Of a stretch of DNA of 64,000 nucleotides, positions 53,068 through 62,434 are shown piece by piece. Position 1 is the stretch's first letter, and each line of letters starts with the position of its first letter. The notes beneath the pieces were generated by a model. That model was not told the DNA's origin, ran no database searches, and saw nothing but the letters and a program-made list of their open reading frames with translations. The stretch is from a virus: positions 1 through 64,000 of the IMG/VR virus record IMGVR_UViG_3300036828_000389. The stretch is one strand, 5' to 3'. The translations under genes and the position numbers were made by a program.

Positions 53068-54720
53068 GTGACCTATGTGGACGATCCGCGCCTGGACGAG
53101 CCTGAGTCTGATGGTGAGGAGGAGGGGGCTGAGCTTTCCGATGAGCTACAGGATCTGGCCCCTGCTGTCCTCGACCCAGGTGACCAGCAGTTTGTAGATC
53201 GCCTGGTAGATAAAATCTGGCAGTTCACCCTGGAATTCAGCGGCGTCGCCATGTTTCCGTACCAGGCTGCTCTCGGTCGACGCATCATTGAGTCGGTGGT
53301 AGGTAGCGACGGCTCCACCATCACCGGAGAGTTCTCCCGCCAGTCGGGCAAGACGGAGGTGGTGGCCAACGTGGCCGCCAGCCTCATGATCCTGCTGCCC
53401 AGGTTGGCCGCCATGTTCCCAGAGTTCGGGCCCCTCCAGAAGTATCTCCGCGGCGTCATGGTGGGATGCTTCGCTCCAGTTGAACAGCAGGTAGAGACCC
53501 TGTTCGGCCGGGTGGTCGACCGGCTCACCAGCGACCGGGCCCTGGAGCTACTGGAGGATCCGGACATCGATGACGAGGTCCGTCCCGGCTCCCGTAAGGT
53601 CCGCCTGAAGAAGTGCCAGAGCTTCTGCGCCATGCAGACCGCCAACCCCCGGGCCAAGATCGAGTCGAAGAGCTACCACATCATCTTCATCGATGAGTCC
53701 CAGAGTGTGGACGAATATACTCTGAACAAGAGCATCGGACCCATGGGCGCCTTCTATTTAGCAACCATGGTCATGACCGGCACCCCCGATGTGACCAAGG
53801 GCGTGTTCTACAAGACCATCCAGCACAACAAGAGGATGGAGCTACGCCGGGGCGGCCGGAAGAACCACTTCCACTTCGACTGGAAGTACTGCGCCCGGTA
53901 CAACCGTAACTATGCGGCTTATATTCGGGGTGAGGCTCTACGGATTGGTGAGGACTCTGACGAGTTCCGGCTCAACTACAAGCTGGAGTGGCTGCTGGAG
54001 CGGGGCATGCTCATCACCGAGTCCCGGTTGGATGAGCTTGGTGACCCCAGCATGCCCATCGTCCAGAGCTACTGGAAGAGCCCGCTCATCGCCGGGATCG
54101 ACTTCGCCCGCAAGATGGACTCGACCGTCGCCACCGTGGTGTGGGTGGATTGGGACCGGCCCGATGAGTTAGGGCTGTACGACCATCGTATTTTGGGATG
54201 GCTGGAGATGCATGGGGAAGAATGGGAGACCCAGTACTGGCGACTTGTGGACTGGTTCTCCAATTACTCCGTGATGGCTATCGGCGTCGACGCGCAAGGC
54301 GTGGGTGACGTAGCAGCTGACCGGCTGAAGCGACTGCTTCCGAACATCCAGGTGGAACCACTGTCGTCGCAGATCGCGGATCAGTCCATGCGGTGGAAGC
54401 ACCTTCAGCAGCTGCTACAACGTGGCCTGCTGTCCTGGCCCGCCCACCCAAAGGCCAAGAAGACCAAGAACTGGCGCCGGTTCCGCCAGCAGATGATCGA
54501 CGTGGAGAAGAGCTACAAGGGCGCCCACATGATGGTGGAGGCCCCCAACGAGGCCGGGGTCCACGACGACTACGTCGACAGCCTGGCCTGCGCCACCATC
54601 ATGAGCCGGACGTTGATGGTGCCGGAGGTCGAGATCATGACCACTCCGTGGTCGCCGTCACCTCGACACGGAGAACGGGTCCGCCGCCCCCGGGCTAGGG
54701 CCGGAGTAAGCCTGGGCTAG
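53068..54720 (+). CDS. terminase large subunit
   Basis: FPYQ, SRQSGKT, IFIDE, MTGTP, GIDFAR, HDDYVDS. Confidence 0.95.
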   Translation: MTYVDDPRLDEPESDGEEEGAELSDELQDLAPAVLDPGDQQFVDRLVDKIWQFTLEFSGVAMFPYQAALGRRIIESVVGSDGSTITGEFSRQSGKTEVVANVAASLMILLPRLAAMFPEFGPLQKYLRGVMVGCFAPVEQQVETLFGRVVDRLTSDRALELLEDPDIDDEVRPGSRKVRLKKCQSFCAMQTANPRAKIESKSYHIIFIDESQSVDEYTLNKSIGPMGAFYLATMVMTGTPDVTKGVFYKTIQHNKRMELRRGGRKNHFHFDWKYCARYNRNYAAYIRGEALRIGEDSDEFRLNYKLEWLLERGMLITESRLDELGDPSMPIVQSYWKSPLIAGIDFARKMDSTVATVVWVDWDRPDELGLYDHRILGWLEMHGEEWETQYWRLVDWFSNYSVMAIGVDAQGVGDVAADRLKRLLPNIQVEPLSSQIADQSMRWKHLQQLLQRGLLSWPAHPKAKKTKNWRRFRQQMIDVEKSYKGAHMMVEAPNEAGVHDDYVDSLACATIMSRTLMVPEVEIMTTPWSPSPRHGERVRRPRARAGVSLG

Positions 54721-54879
54721 TACGGCAGCCAGGTTCTTCTGAATCTCGTCCTTGCTGTTGCCACCCAGCTTGTCGCCCTGGGCGATATACCGATCAGCTG
54801 GGCCCCGCCGTCGTTTCATCGGCACGGTACCGGTCGCACGCTGCATGGCGCTCAGCTGAGCCCGCTCCTGGGACGCCAT
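54658..54879 (-). CDS. small antisense-oriented protein (leaderless)
   Basis: TACGCT-N6-ATG; overlaps the terminase 3' end. Confidence 0.5.
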   Translation of the reverse strand: MASQERAQLSAMQRATGTVPMKRRRGPADRYIAQGDKLGGNSKDEIQKNLAAVLAQAYSGPSPGAADPFSVSR

Positions 54880-54992
54880 GGCTCAAGCGTAACCGATAGC
54901 AACTACATGGTGCCCTATCGCCGGGTGGCCGCGGTGTGAACCGGAGGCGTCACTAGCGTTCATGGAAACACCATAGAAGGAGCGCGTGCCGT

Positions 54993-55394
54993 ATGAGCAT
55001 TGCCCCCGACCCAGGATTCCCAGAGCGCGGCATGTACCGCTACGAGGAGACCATGGCCCCGGCGCGGCCGGGAGGTCGTGGCCCGCTCCGCTTTGAGGAA
55101 GGTTTGGCCACCGACACTGATGTCCCCGACGACTTCACCAGGGGGATGTTGGAGCCGATGATCCCTGCCCCGGGGAGGCTGAACCACGTCAACCCAGCCA
55201 TACAGTTCAAGATGCCGGAGGAGACCATCCAGGAGCGGGTCCACGTCGGCTCCGCGGCCTGGGTCGACGCCCCCACCATGTTGGGGGAATTTGCTCATGG
55301 GAGCTTCACGGATCAAGCCGAAGTCCGCTACGAAGAGGTGGTCCGCAACGGTCGCAACCAGAAGCGTCGGGCTCCTGAGGTCGTCACCGACTGA
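54993..55394 (+). CDS. conserved phage protein (probable head-associated)
   Basis: RGPLRFEEG.ATDTDVP.DF...ER.HVGSAAW; GAAGGAG SD. Confidence 0.8.
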   Translation: MSIAPDPGFPERGMYRYEETMAPARPGGRGPLRFEEGLATDTDVPDDFTRGMLEPMIPAPGRLNHVNPAIQFKMPEETIQERVHVGSAAWVDAPTMLGEFAHGSFTDQAEVRYEEVVRNGRNQKRRAPEVVTD

Positions 55395-56413
55395 TGCCGC
55401 GGCGGGCGTCCGGCCTGGAGGTGCCGCCCAGCGCTGGGCGGGCCATCGTAACGGCGCGCCCTAACCTATGGATCCCGCCGCCGCCGGAGGAGGCGCCGGT
55501 ACGCACTGCGTCGGGTGGCGTGAGCCATGCGGGCTGGTCGGAGCGCTACCCGAAGTGGGACTTGTCCCAGGAGGAGCAGCGCCAAGCTGCCGTCCAAAAC
55601 CTGACCACCTTTCATGACGTACTCCGGCGCCATGCTCCTGAGAGCTTGGAAGAGGGGCGTCGCTGGCACGAAGAGGCCCACCTGGGCGCCAGCGCAGCCA
55701 TCCGCGGTAGCCGGAAGATCCGCAGTACCAGTCGCCGGAGCGCCCATGAGGCCGCCTCTGGGACGCTGGCCATCCTCAGCCCGGCCATGGACTGGAAGGC
55801 GGGCAACGTCCCGGCCCTGCACGCTGCCCTGCAACTCAGGCCCGAACACTGGAAGACAATTGAGCGGGCCCACAAGGCGGGGGGTGGTCGCTCAGCTGAG
55901 GTCACCGCTATCACCAAGGGCAGCCCTCTCGACCAGGCCACCACCAGTGCGCTCTACAAGACGCACCAGATCCTGCATGGGGGTGCCCATCCCCTGGACG
56001 TGATCAGTGCCCAGACCTCACCCAAGGAGTGGCACTTCTATCACGACCTGGAGTTCCCCACCGAGTCGCACGGGGAAGGCGCCACCATCGACTACCGGGC
56101 CCACGACGTGGCCATCAACCGGATGTACCCGCCTCGCTACGGCCGGGGCCTGGAGGCAGGGTTCACCAAGACCGGTAGGACCGCTACCCGGTACCAGCAC
56201 TTCGCCCGCGCTTACCAGACGGCGAGCGAGGCGAAGGACTTTGAGCATCCGAAGCACTTCCAGGCTGCGACTTGGCTGGGCGGTAAATACGTAGAGACCC
56301 TGCCCCCGAAGAAGGGCGGGGGCCAGCGGAAGGTTGGCGTCCCTCGCCGGAGCCAGCCTTACTTCTTGTCGCCCGGCGAGGAGGGGTATGAGCGTTGGGG
56401 TCATGCTGGATAG
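55394..56413 (+). CDS. DUF7178-like / DNA-glycosylase-fold protein
   Basis: EGRRWH..AH...AILSP..DW...N; PK...F; TID.RAH; Y.....AY..A...QAATW. Confidence 0.65.
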   Translation: MPRRASGLEVPPSAGRAIVTARPNLWIPPPPEEAPVRTASGGVSHAGWSERYPKWDLSQEEQRQAAVQNLTTFHDVLRRHAPESLEEGRRWHEEAHLGASAAIRGSRKIRSTSRRSAHEAASGTLAILSPAMDWKAGNVPALHAALQLRPEHWKTIERAHKAGGGRSAEVTAITKGSPLDQATTSALYKTHQILHGGAHPLDVISAQTSPKEWHFYHDLEFPTESHGEGATIDYRAHDVAINRMYPPRYGRGLEAGFTKTGRTATRYQHFARAYQTASEAKDFEHPKHFQAATWLGGKYVETLPPKKGGGQRKVGVPRRSQPYFLSPGEEGYERWGHAG

Positions 56414-56576
56414 CCAGCGTGTAGCCCTGTTCGTGCGCCGCCTCCTGGAGGGTCGCCCAGAGCCGGTCTCCCATCTTGATGGTCTCGGCCATCTCGCTGG
56501 GATCGCTGAAGCCATGCCGCCGGTCCAGGTAGTCCCAGAGCAGGGCGAAGTACTCGTCCGACAACTCGATACCCAT
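56184..56576 (-). CDS. antisense-oriented hypothetical protein (leaderless)
   Basis: TACGAT-N7-ATG; first ~60 aa protein-like (LSDEYFALLWDYLDRR). Confidence 0.5.
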   Translation of the reverse strand: MGIELSDEYFALLWDYLDRRHGFSDPSEMAETIKMGDRLWATLQEAAHEQGYTLAIQHDPNAHTPPRRATRSKAGSGEGRQPSAGPRPSSGAGSLRIYRPAKSQPGSASDAQSPSPRSPSGKRGRSAGTG

Positions 56577-56595
56577 AGCACCCATCGTACCGTAA

Positions 56596-56868
56596 ATGGC
56601 TGCTCCATGGGCGGGTTCGCCCCACCACCCCGTATTTTCTGTCGGAGGCACCATGGCTGACAAGCCGTACATCCAGAACGTGCCGGTCCCGTACATGGAC
56701 GTGCAGACTCTCTGGAACGACCGCCGCGACCCCCACGCCAGTCCCCTGAGCAGTGCGCCGCGGCGGGAGTCGGCGCGCACGGCGCCCGGCAACCTGCACC
56801 GCATGGTTGACGAGATCTACACGGGCGTCCCTAACCCGGGTGGCAAGCCTGCCGGGAGCGAGAGGTAA
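56596..56868 (+). CDS. hypothetical protein (probable start MADKPY after GGAGG)
   Basis: TAATG coupling to the next gene. Confidence 0.65.
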   Translation: MAAPWAGSPHHPVFSVGGTMADKPYIQNVPVPYMDVQTLWNDRRDPHASPLSSAPRRESARTAPGNLHRMVDEIYTGVPNPGGKPAGSER

Positions 56869-57065
56869 TGGGGACTGACGCCAACCCCATGGCTGTGTCC
56901 CAGCTGCATCGATTCCGGCCCCGGTACGCAGCCAAGGCCGCCGGTACGCCTCAGCAGCGCTATCAGAACTCGGTTGTCGTCCAGTTCCAGTCGACGGCTA
57001 AAAAGCGGCGCCTGCCGAAGACTCAGCAGCAGCTGGAGCAAGAGCGACGGGCGCAGCGACGCTGA
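56868..57065 (+). CDS. small basic protein
   Basis: TAATG/TGATG couplings. Confidence 0.65.
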   Translation: MGTDANPMAVSQLHRFRPRYAAKAAGTPQQRYQNSVVVQFQSTAKKRRLPKTQQQLEQERRAQRR

Positions 57066-57481
57066 TGGCGGGTGAGAGGTTCTTCGGCCGCGCCGCCCAT
57101 GACGGCAAGTACATCACCGGGGTGGAGCGTCATCCGCCTTCCGATATCGAAGGCACGTCCGGGTCTCGCGGCCCAGCTGAAGTCGCCTTTCACCCTGAGT
57201 TCGTCCACCCCAGTGTCTGGCGCTCCCAGGTCTACTGGGACCGGCGAGAGGAGGGACGGCGCCCGAACCCCACCTGGGTCCGTCCGTTCCAGCAGTCCGA
57301 GCATATGCGGGAGTTCCCCCCGGGATCCGAAGAAACGGGGATGCGAGGTGGGAAGCCGGAGCAGAAGTCGGACATTTTTGAGCCCCTAGCTCACCGCTTC
57401 CCGGGAGAAATGAACAAGCTGTACATGCCCTTCCAGCCTGGTATCGACCCACTGCCACCCAACCCACCCATGTACCAGTAA
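57065..57481 (+). CDS. hypothetical protein
   Basis: Coupled upstream; abuts the portal start. Confidence 0.7.
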   Translation: MAGERFFGRAAHDGKYITGVERHPPSDIEGTSGSRGPAEVAFHPEFVHPSVWRSQVYWDRREEGRRPNPTWVRPFQQSEHMREFPPGSEETGMRGGKPEQKSDIFEPLAHRFPGEMNKLYMPFQPGIDPLPPNPPMYQ

Positions 57482-59254
57482 ATGGCCATACAGTTCCAGT
57501 CCCCCAGCTATCGGGCAGCTAGTTCCGACCTCACCATCCAGATCTCTCCCCTGGGTCTGGTGGAGCTTGCCGACGAAGAATTTGAGGTTCACGGTCCCCG
57601 GTTGAACCGGTACGCCATGAACTGGGCCTTCTACCTGGGATACCACTGGGCCCAGCGACCGGACCTGGGCGAGCCCCAGCTGACCTTTAACTATGTGCGC
57701 GCCCTGTCGGACTTCACCACCAACTTCGTCTTCGGTAAGGGCATCGGGTTCCGCACTCCGGACGCCACCGGAGCGATAATACCGACGCGGCTCCAACGTA
57801 TCTGGGAGAAGGACAACAGCAAGGACTCCCTCATCTGGGAGGCCGGGTCCATGGGGTCAGTGTCAGGTGACTGCTTTGTCAAGGTGGCTTACGAGGAGCC
57901 GTGGGAGGATCCCTCCGGCATGCCTCACCCCGGACGTGTCCGTATCCTGCCCCTGAATGCTGCGTTCTGTTTCCCTGAGTGGCATCCCCATGACCGCAAG
58001 CGGCTGATCCGCTTCAAGCTGAAGTACCGCTTCTGGGGCACGACCCAGGAGGGAACAAGGCAGGTATTCACCTACACTGAGTTGTTGACCGAGAACTTCA
58101 TCGAGGAGTACGTCAACGACGAGTTGATCGACCAGCGTGAGAACCCGCTGGGGGAGATCCCCGTCGTTCACATCTCCAACCTGCCCATCGCTGGCTCTCC
58201 CTGGGGGATGCCCGACATACAGGACATCACAGTCCTCAATCGGGAACTGAATGAGAAGGCCACGGATATCAGCGACATCATCAATTATCATGCTGCGCCG
58301 GTCACGGTGATCACGGGCGCGCGTGCCTCCAACCTGGAGAAGGGCACCCACCAGACCTGGTCGATCCCCAACAAGGAGGCCAAGGTCACCAACCTGCTCT
58401 TCGATCCCCAGGGCATCGAGATGTCGCTTAAGTTCCTGGAGTTCGTCAAGCAGGCCATGCACGAAATGACCGGGGTTCCTAAAAGTAGTTTAGGCGACGA
58501 GCAGCCGATTTCTAACACCAGTGGCGTGGCCCTGGCCATTCAGTACCAGCCGTTGATGAACCGGTTCAAGCTCAAGGCCACCCAGTACGGGGAGGGCTTC
58601 GCGGAGGTCAACCGGCTGGCCCTCAAGACCCTGTTCATGAAGGAGCCCGAGACTCTGGTGTACAACCCAGAGTTTGATCCGCCCCTCCAGGATGACCAGC
58701 TGCCGATGTTGGATCCGATGGATCCGATCACCTACGAGTCGACAGTTCACTTCCAGCCGCCCCTGCCGGTCGACCAGCTGGTGAAGCTGAACGAGCTACA
58801 GGTGAAGATGGCCCTGGGCCTGGAGTCGAAGAAGGGGGCCCTGCGTGAACTGGGCGAGGAGCAGCCGGACGAGAAGCTGAGCGAACTCTTCCACGAACTG
58901 ATTGATGATGCCGAGCAGCAAGCTGCTCTGGACTTACTGCGGTCCCAGATCGCTGGCTTCACCGTGATGCAGACCGGCATGGTGCCACCAGAGGGACCAC
59001 AGCCCATGCCCCCGCCCCCGGCTAACGGGAACGGGAACGGCAAGTCCAAGAGCGGCGGTAGCTCCGGAGGAGTGAAGTCAGCTGGTGGGCCTAACGTCAA
59101 CGTGGCCCCCGGATCCAAGCCGCCCCCTGGTGTCCTGCCTGGTCTCGACCTCACCAGTTCGGCGGATGTCAAGAAGATGTTCGACCGAGTGGTGGCTCTG
59201 AGCCACGGCACCGTGTTGCCACAACGACGTAAACCTGAGGAGGATGAACCTTGA
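57482..59254 (+). CDS. portal protein (SPP1-like)
   Basis: NYVRA..D, GD.FVKV, NPLGEIPVVHI.N, G.PDI, SGVAL; between terminase and scaffold. Confidence 0.92.
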   Translation: MAIQFQSPSYRAASSDLTIQISPLGLVELADEEFEVHGPRLNRYAMNWAFYLGYHWAQRPDLGEPQLTFNYVRALSDFTTNFVFGKGIGFRTPDATGAIIPTRLQRIWEKDNSKDSLIWEAGSMGSVSGDCFVKVAYEEPWEDPSGMPHPGRVRILPLNAAFCFPEWHPHDRKRLIRFKLKYRFWGTTQEGTRQVFTYTELLTENFIEEYVNDELIDQRENPLGEIPVVHISNLPIAGSPWGMPDIQDITVLNRELNEKATDISDIINYHAAPVTVITGARASNLEKGTHQTWSIPNKEAKVTNLLFDPQGIEMSLKFLEFVKQAMHEMTGVPKSSLGDEQPISNTSGVALAIQYQPLMNRFKLKATQYGEGFAEVNRLALKTLFMKEPETLVYNPEFDPPLQDDQLPMLDPMDPITYESTVHFQPPLPVDQLVKLNELQVKMALGLESKKGALRELGEEQPDEKLSELFHELIDDAEQQAALDLLRSQIAGFTVMQTGMVPPEGPQPMPPPPANGNGNGKSKSGGSSGGVKSAGGPNVNVAPGSKPPPGVLPGLDLTSSADVKKMFDRVVALSHGTVLPQRRKPEEDEP

Positions 59255-60051
59255 CCGTTACCGAGCCTGATCCGACACCGGACCCCGGGTCTCAGCCGTC
59301 GGATTCTGGTGACCCCAACAGCATCACCATTCCGGCGCCACCGGAAGCCCCCACGCCCCCGCCACGGACCCAGCGCGGCTCCGATCCCCAGTCCTTCACC
59401 CAGGAGGACATCGACCGTATCCGCCAGGAGGAGCGGGCCCGTGTGGCTGCTGAGCAGCAGCGCGCCGACGCCCTGGACGCGGAGTTAGCCAAGTACCGCC
59501 AGTCCGATGAGGAGCGGCAGAAGGCTGAGGTCAAGGCTCAGCGGGATGCGGAGCGGGCCCAGAAGAAGAAGGAAGAGGAGGAGATGGAACTGCGGGATCT
59601 CATGACCCGCAGGGACGCGGAGTGGGAAGAGAAGCTCAACGCCGAGCGGGCAGAGCGGGAAAAGGCTCTGGCCATCCTGGAGCAGGAGCGGCGCCACGCC
59701 CACCTTCAGACCTATCTGGCTGGTCGCATGGCCAGTGAGGCCGAAGAGATCATGCCCGAGCTACGGGACATGGTCAGCGGTAACTCTGAGCAGGAAATCG
59801 ATGCATCCATCGAGTTGGCCAAGAACAAGTCCCAGGCAATTATGGGTCAGTTCAACATGAACATGCAGCAACAGCGGGCCCAGGGTCGCACAGCCAGTGT
59901 GACCTCGCCGCCCGTTGGCCCCCCGGAGATGGCCGGGGGTACGACGCGGTCCTACAACGCTGATGACCTCAAGGCTCTAACTGCTGAGGAATACGCTGCT
60001 ATTCGTGAGGATCTGCACCGGGCTGCTTCGGCGCAATATCGCAACAGGTAG
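59251..60051 (+). CDS. capsid scaffolding protein
   Basis: FTQEDIDRIRQEE, long charged coiled coil, directly before the major capsid gene. Confidence 0.85.
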   Translation: MTVTEPDPTPDPGSQPSDSGDPNSITIPAPPEAPTPPPRTQRGSDPQSFTQEDIDRIRQEERARVAAEQQRADALDAELAKYRQSDEERQKAEVKAQRDAERAQKKKEEEEMELRDLMTRRDAEWEEKLNAERAEREKALAILEQERRHAHLQTYLAGRMASEAEEIMPELRDMVSGNSEQEIDASIELAKNKSQAIMGQFNMNMQQQRAQGRTASVTSPPVGPPEMAGGTTRSYNADDLKALTAEEYAAIREDLHRAASAQYRNR

Positions 60052-60105
60052 TACCCCAAACCCAATGGAAGGCCGGAAATAGGCCCAAACACTAGGAGGT
60101 AGGCA

Positions 60106-61095
60106 ATGCCTTCCGCGATTACCGGCACTCCACTCTTGAGCGCCAGCCCAACCGGGTACCCCGGTACCAACTCACAGCTGTCACCCGCCATTCAGGTCAT
60201 CTGGTCGAAAGAAATTTTGTTCCAGAGCATGCCCGTGCTGAGGTTTGAACAGTTCGCGGTCAAGAAGACCGAGTTGGGCATCCAGCCCGGACTGCAAATC
60301 AACTTCATGCGGTACAACAACCTGGGTGACGCTACGCAGCTGGTCGAGGGTGTCCGCATGCAGACCGCTGCTCTCACGGCCAGCCAGTACGCCATCACGG
60401 TGGCTGAGCAGGGCTTCGCCGTGGCTGTGAGCGAGCTACTGCTCAACTCGTCCTTCGATGACGTGATGGCCTCATCCTCGCGACTCCTGGGCCGCAACAT
60501 GGCCAAGTACCTGGACGGGTCCGCCCGCAACACCTTGATGAACGCGTCGTCACTGCTCTTCGGCTATGCCCTGCCGACTGGCACCATCACCCCGATCTCG
60601 CCTTACGACCAGGGCGTGGTGGCCACCAGCGACGCCGGGCTGACTGGCACCCAGTACATGAGCGTGAACGTCACCAAGGACGCCGTCGAGACATTGGCCA
60701 CCAAGAACGTGCCTCGCATTGGTGAGACCTACGTGGCGTTCATTGACCCTCACCAGTCCCGTAGATTGCGCGATAATCCCGAATTTATCGAGATTACTAA
60801 ATATGCAGCAGCAGGCAACTTTATGCTAGGCGAAATCGGGCGCCTGAATGACACCGTGTACATCGAGACAACCCAGATCGTTCAGGCTCCCTACCAGGGC
60901 ACGCCTGGCAACCCGGTCATCCACACGGCTATCTATCTTGGCGACAATGCCTTCGGACACGCCATCTCTTTGCCGGTTGAATTGAGGGATGGTGGCGTGC
61001 TGGACTTCGGTCGTGAACACGCTCTCTGCTGGTATGCGATTTGGGGCTTCGGACTGATCACAGATCAGGCTGTAGTCCTGGCCCACACCAACTAA
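60106..61095 (+). CDS. major capsid protein (N4-gp56-like HK97 fold)
   Basis: WSKEILFQ..P.LRF, EGV, YVAFI.P.Q, GEIGR, DFGR...WY; AGGAGGT SD. Confidence 0.93.
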   Translation: MPSAITGTPLLSASPTGYPGTNSQLSPAIQVIWSKEILFQSMPVLRFEQFAVKKTELGIQPGLQINFMRYNNLGDATQLVEGVRMQTAALTASQYAITVAEQGFAVAVSELLLNSSFDDVMASSSRLLGRNMAKYLDGSARNTLMNASSLLFGYALPTGTITPISPYDQGVVATSDAGLTGTQYMSVNVTKDAVETLATKNVPRIGETYVAFIDPHQSRRLRDNPEFIEITKYAAAGNFMLGEIGRLNDTVYIETTQIVQAPYQGTPGNPVIHTAIYLGDNAFGHAISLPVELRDGGVLDFGREHALCWYAIWGFGLITDQAVVLAHTN

Positions 61096-61099
61096 ATCT

Positions 61100-61141
61100 G
61101 GGGGGGATGTCGAAATCTCTTGGCAGTTCGGCATCCTCCCC
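61100..61141 (+). terminator. stem-loop after the major capsid gene
   Basis: GGGGGGATGTCGAA...TTCGGCATCCTCCC. Confidence 0.5.
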
Positions 61142-61165
61142 CTCCAAATGCCAAGAGGAGAAGCA

Positions 61166-61696
61166 ATGCCGCGACCCACATCACAAAGAGGTGACTTCAC
61201 TGGCCAGGAGCGCGAGCGGCTGGCCCGCGAGAAGGCGGACGAACTGGTCGAGCGCCAGAAGGAGATCGGCCTGGTGAACCAGGTGGACATCGTGGTGGAG
61301 GAGGAGGGCGTCTTCGACCCGAGCAGCGGGGCCCTCCTGGAGGTGTCAGACCAGGGTAGGCAGCGTATCGGCCAGATCAACGAGCCGGTGATGGTGGACG
61401 AGGATGAGATCTTCGACCCCTCCCAGCCCCAGCCGCCCAAGCCGCCGCCACCCACCCAGGTCACCGAGACCCAGCAGGTTCCCAAGCTGACACGTCCCAA
61501 TGCCCTCCAGGTGGAAGACCTGGGTGCCGAACCCATGGTGGTCGACCAGGAGTGGCGGGTGATCCGGGTCAACACCGACATCGAGCAGATGACCTACGGG
61601 GCCGGGAATGACCTGACCTTCCTGCGAGGGCGCCGCTATAGGGTGCCCCGAGATCTATACGACTGGCTGGAGAGCAGAGGGGTGGTGTACCACTGA
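61166..61696 (+). CDS. conserved head-region protein
   Basis: GAGGAG SD; DFTG.ERE...IRVN.DIE.MTYG...F..G..YRVP. Confidence 0.8.
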   Translation: MPRPTSQRGDFTGQERERLAREKADELVERQKEIGLVNQVDIVVEEEGVFDPSSGALLEVSDQGRQRIGQINEPVMVDEDEIFDPSQPQPPKPPPPTQVTETQQVPKLTRPNALQVEDLGAEPMVVDQEWRVIRVNTDIEQMTYGAGNDLTFLRGRRYRVPRDLYDWLESRGVVYH

Positions 61697-62037
61697 TGAC
61701 GGACGTAGAGCGAGTGGAACGAACGTGTGCGACGTGCGGGGTGACTGATTCGCATGCCCACCACGTTCAGTACGTGGCCTTTAACCATCCGGTTAGCGGC
61801 ATGGGTGTGGACTTGTCCGTGAGCAAGCATGTGCAGTGCTGTGCCGACGACGGTGATCCTATTTGTCAGAGCGCCATGAAGTTTGCCCGTGATGCTCTGG
61901 ACGATTACAGCCCCTCAGACCGGTTCAACGAGTTCATACAGAACCCGCCTCGCGAATACCTACAGGAACTGTTTGAGGTTCACGGCATCACTTCCCCAGA
62001 GTTTGATTATCCGAAGATGGAGGGAGAGAGTGGCTAA
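61696..62037 (+). CDS. Zn-binding hypothetical protein
   Basis: CATCG..D.HAHH...HVQCC...C. Confidence 0.75.
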   Translation: MTDVERVERTCATCGVTDSHAHHVQYVAFNHPVSGMGVDLSVSKHVQCCADDGDPICQSAMKFARDALDDYSPSDRFNEFIQNPPREYLQELFEVHGITSPEFDYPKMEGESG

Positions 62038-62425
62038 CCTGGTCACGACTGAAGCAAATAACCTTCTGAACGCATCGTCTGGACAGGCTGCCTTCACTGC
62101 TGTGTCTGGAGGGGTGGGTACTCAGCTGGTGGCCTTGACGACAACCGCTACCGCCAGCACTGCGACAGCGGCGGGCAGCGAAGTCACGGGCGGCAGCTAT
62201 GCCCGCAAGACCATTACCTTCGCGGCTGCCTCCGCTGGTTCGATCTCGTCAAACATTGCCCTGACGTACACGTCGATGCCTGCCTGTACCGTCGGGGGTG
62301 TGGACGAGTATGACGCCAATGGAACCACTCGTCGTTGGTTCGGGCTGTTGTCAGCGTCGAAGACTGTCAACGCGGGTGACACTTTCAGTATTGCTTCGGG
62401 GTCGTACACCAAGACGCTGTCGTAA
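62030..62425 (+). CDS. small virion structural protein
   Basis: EVTGGSYAR..ITF...KTVNAGDTF; GTG after GGAGGGAG. Confidence 0.8.
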   Translation: MANLVTTEANNLLNASSGQAAFTAVSGGVGTQLVALTTTATASTATAAGSEVTGGSYARKTITFAAASAGSISSNIALTYTSMPACTVGGVDEYDANGTTRRWFGLLSASKTVNAGDTFSIASGSYTKTLS

Positions 62426-62434
62426 GGGGCGGGC

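Noticed and set aside
56360-56413. C-terminus LSPGEEGYERWGHAG as a fourth copy of the WSP..GE tag
   Set aside because: Only a loose resemblance; spacing differs and FHDRR is absent.
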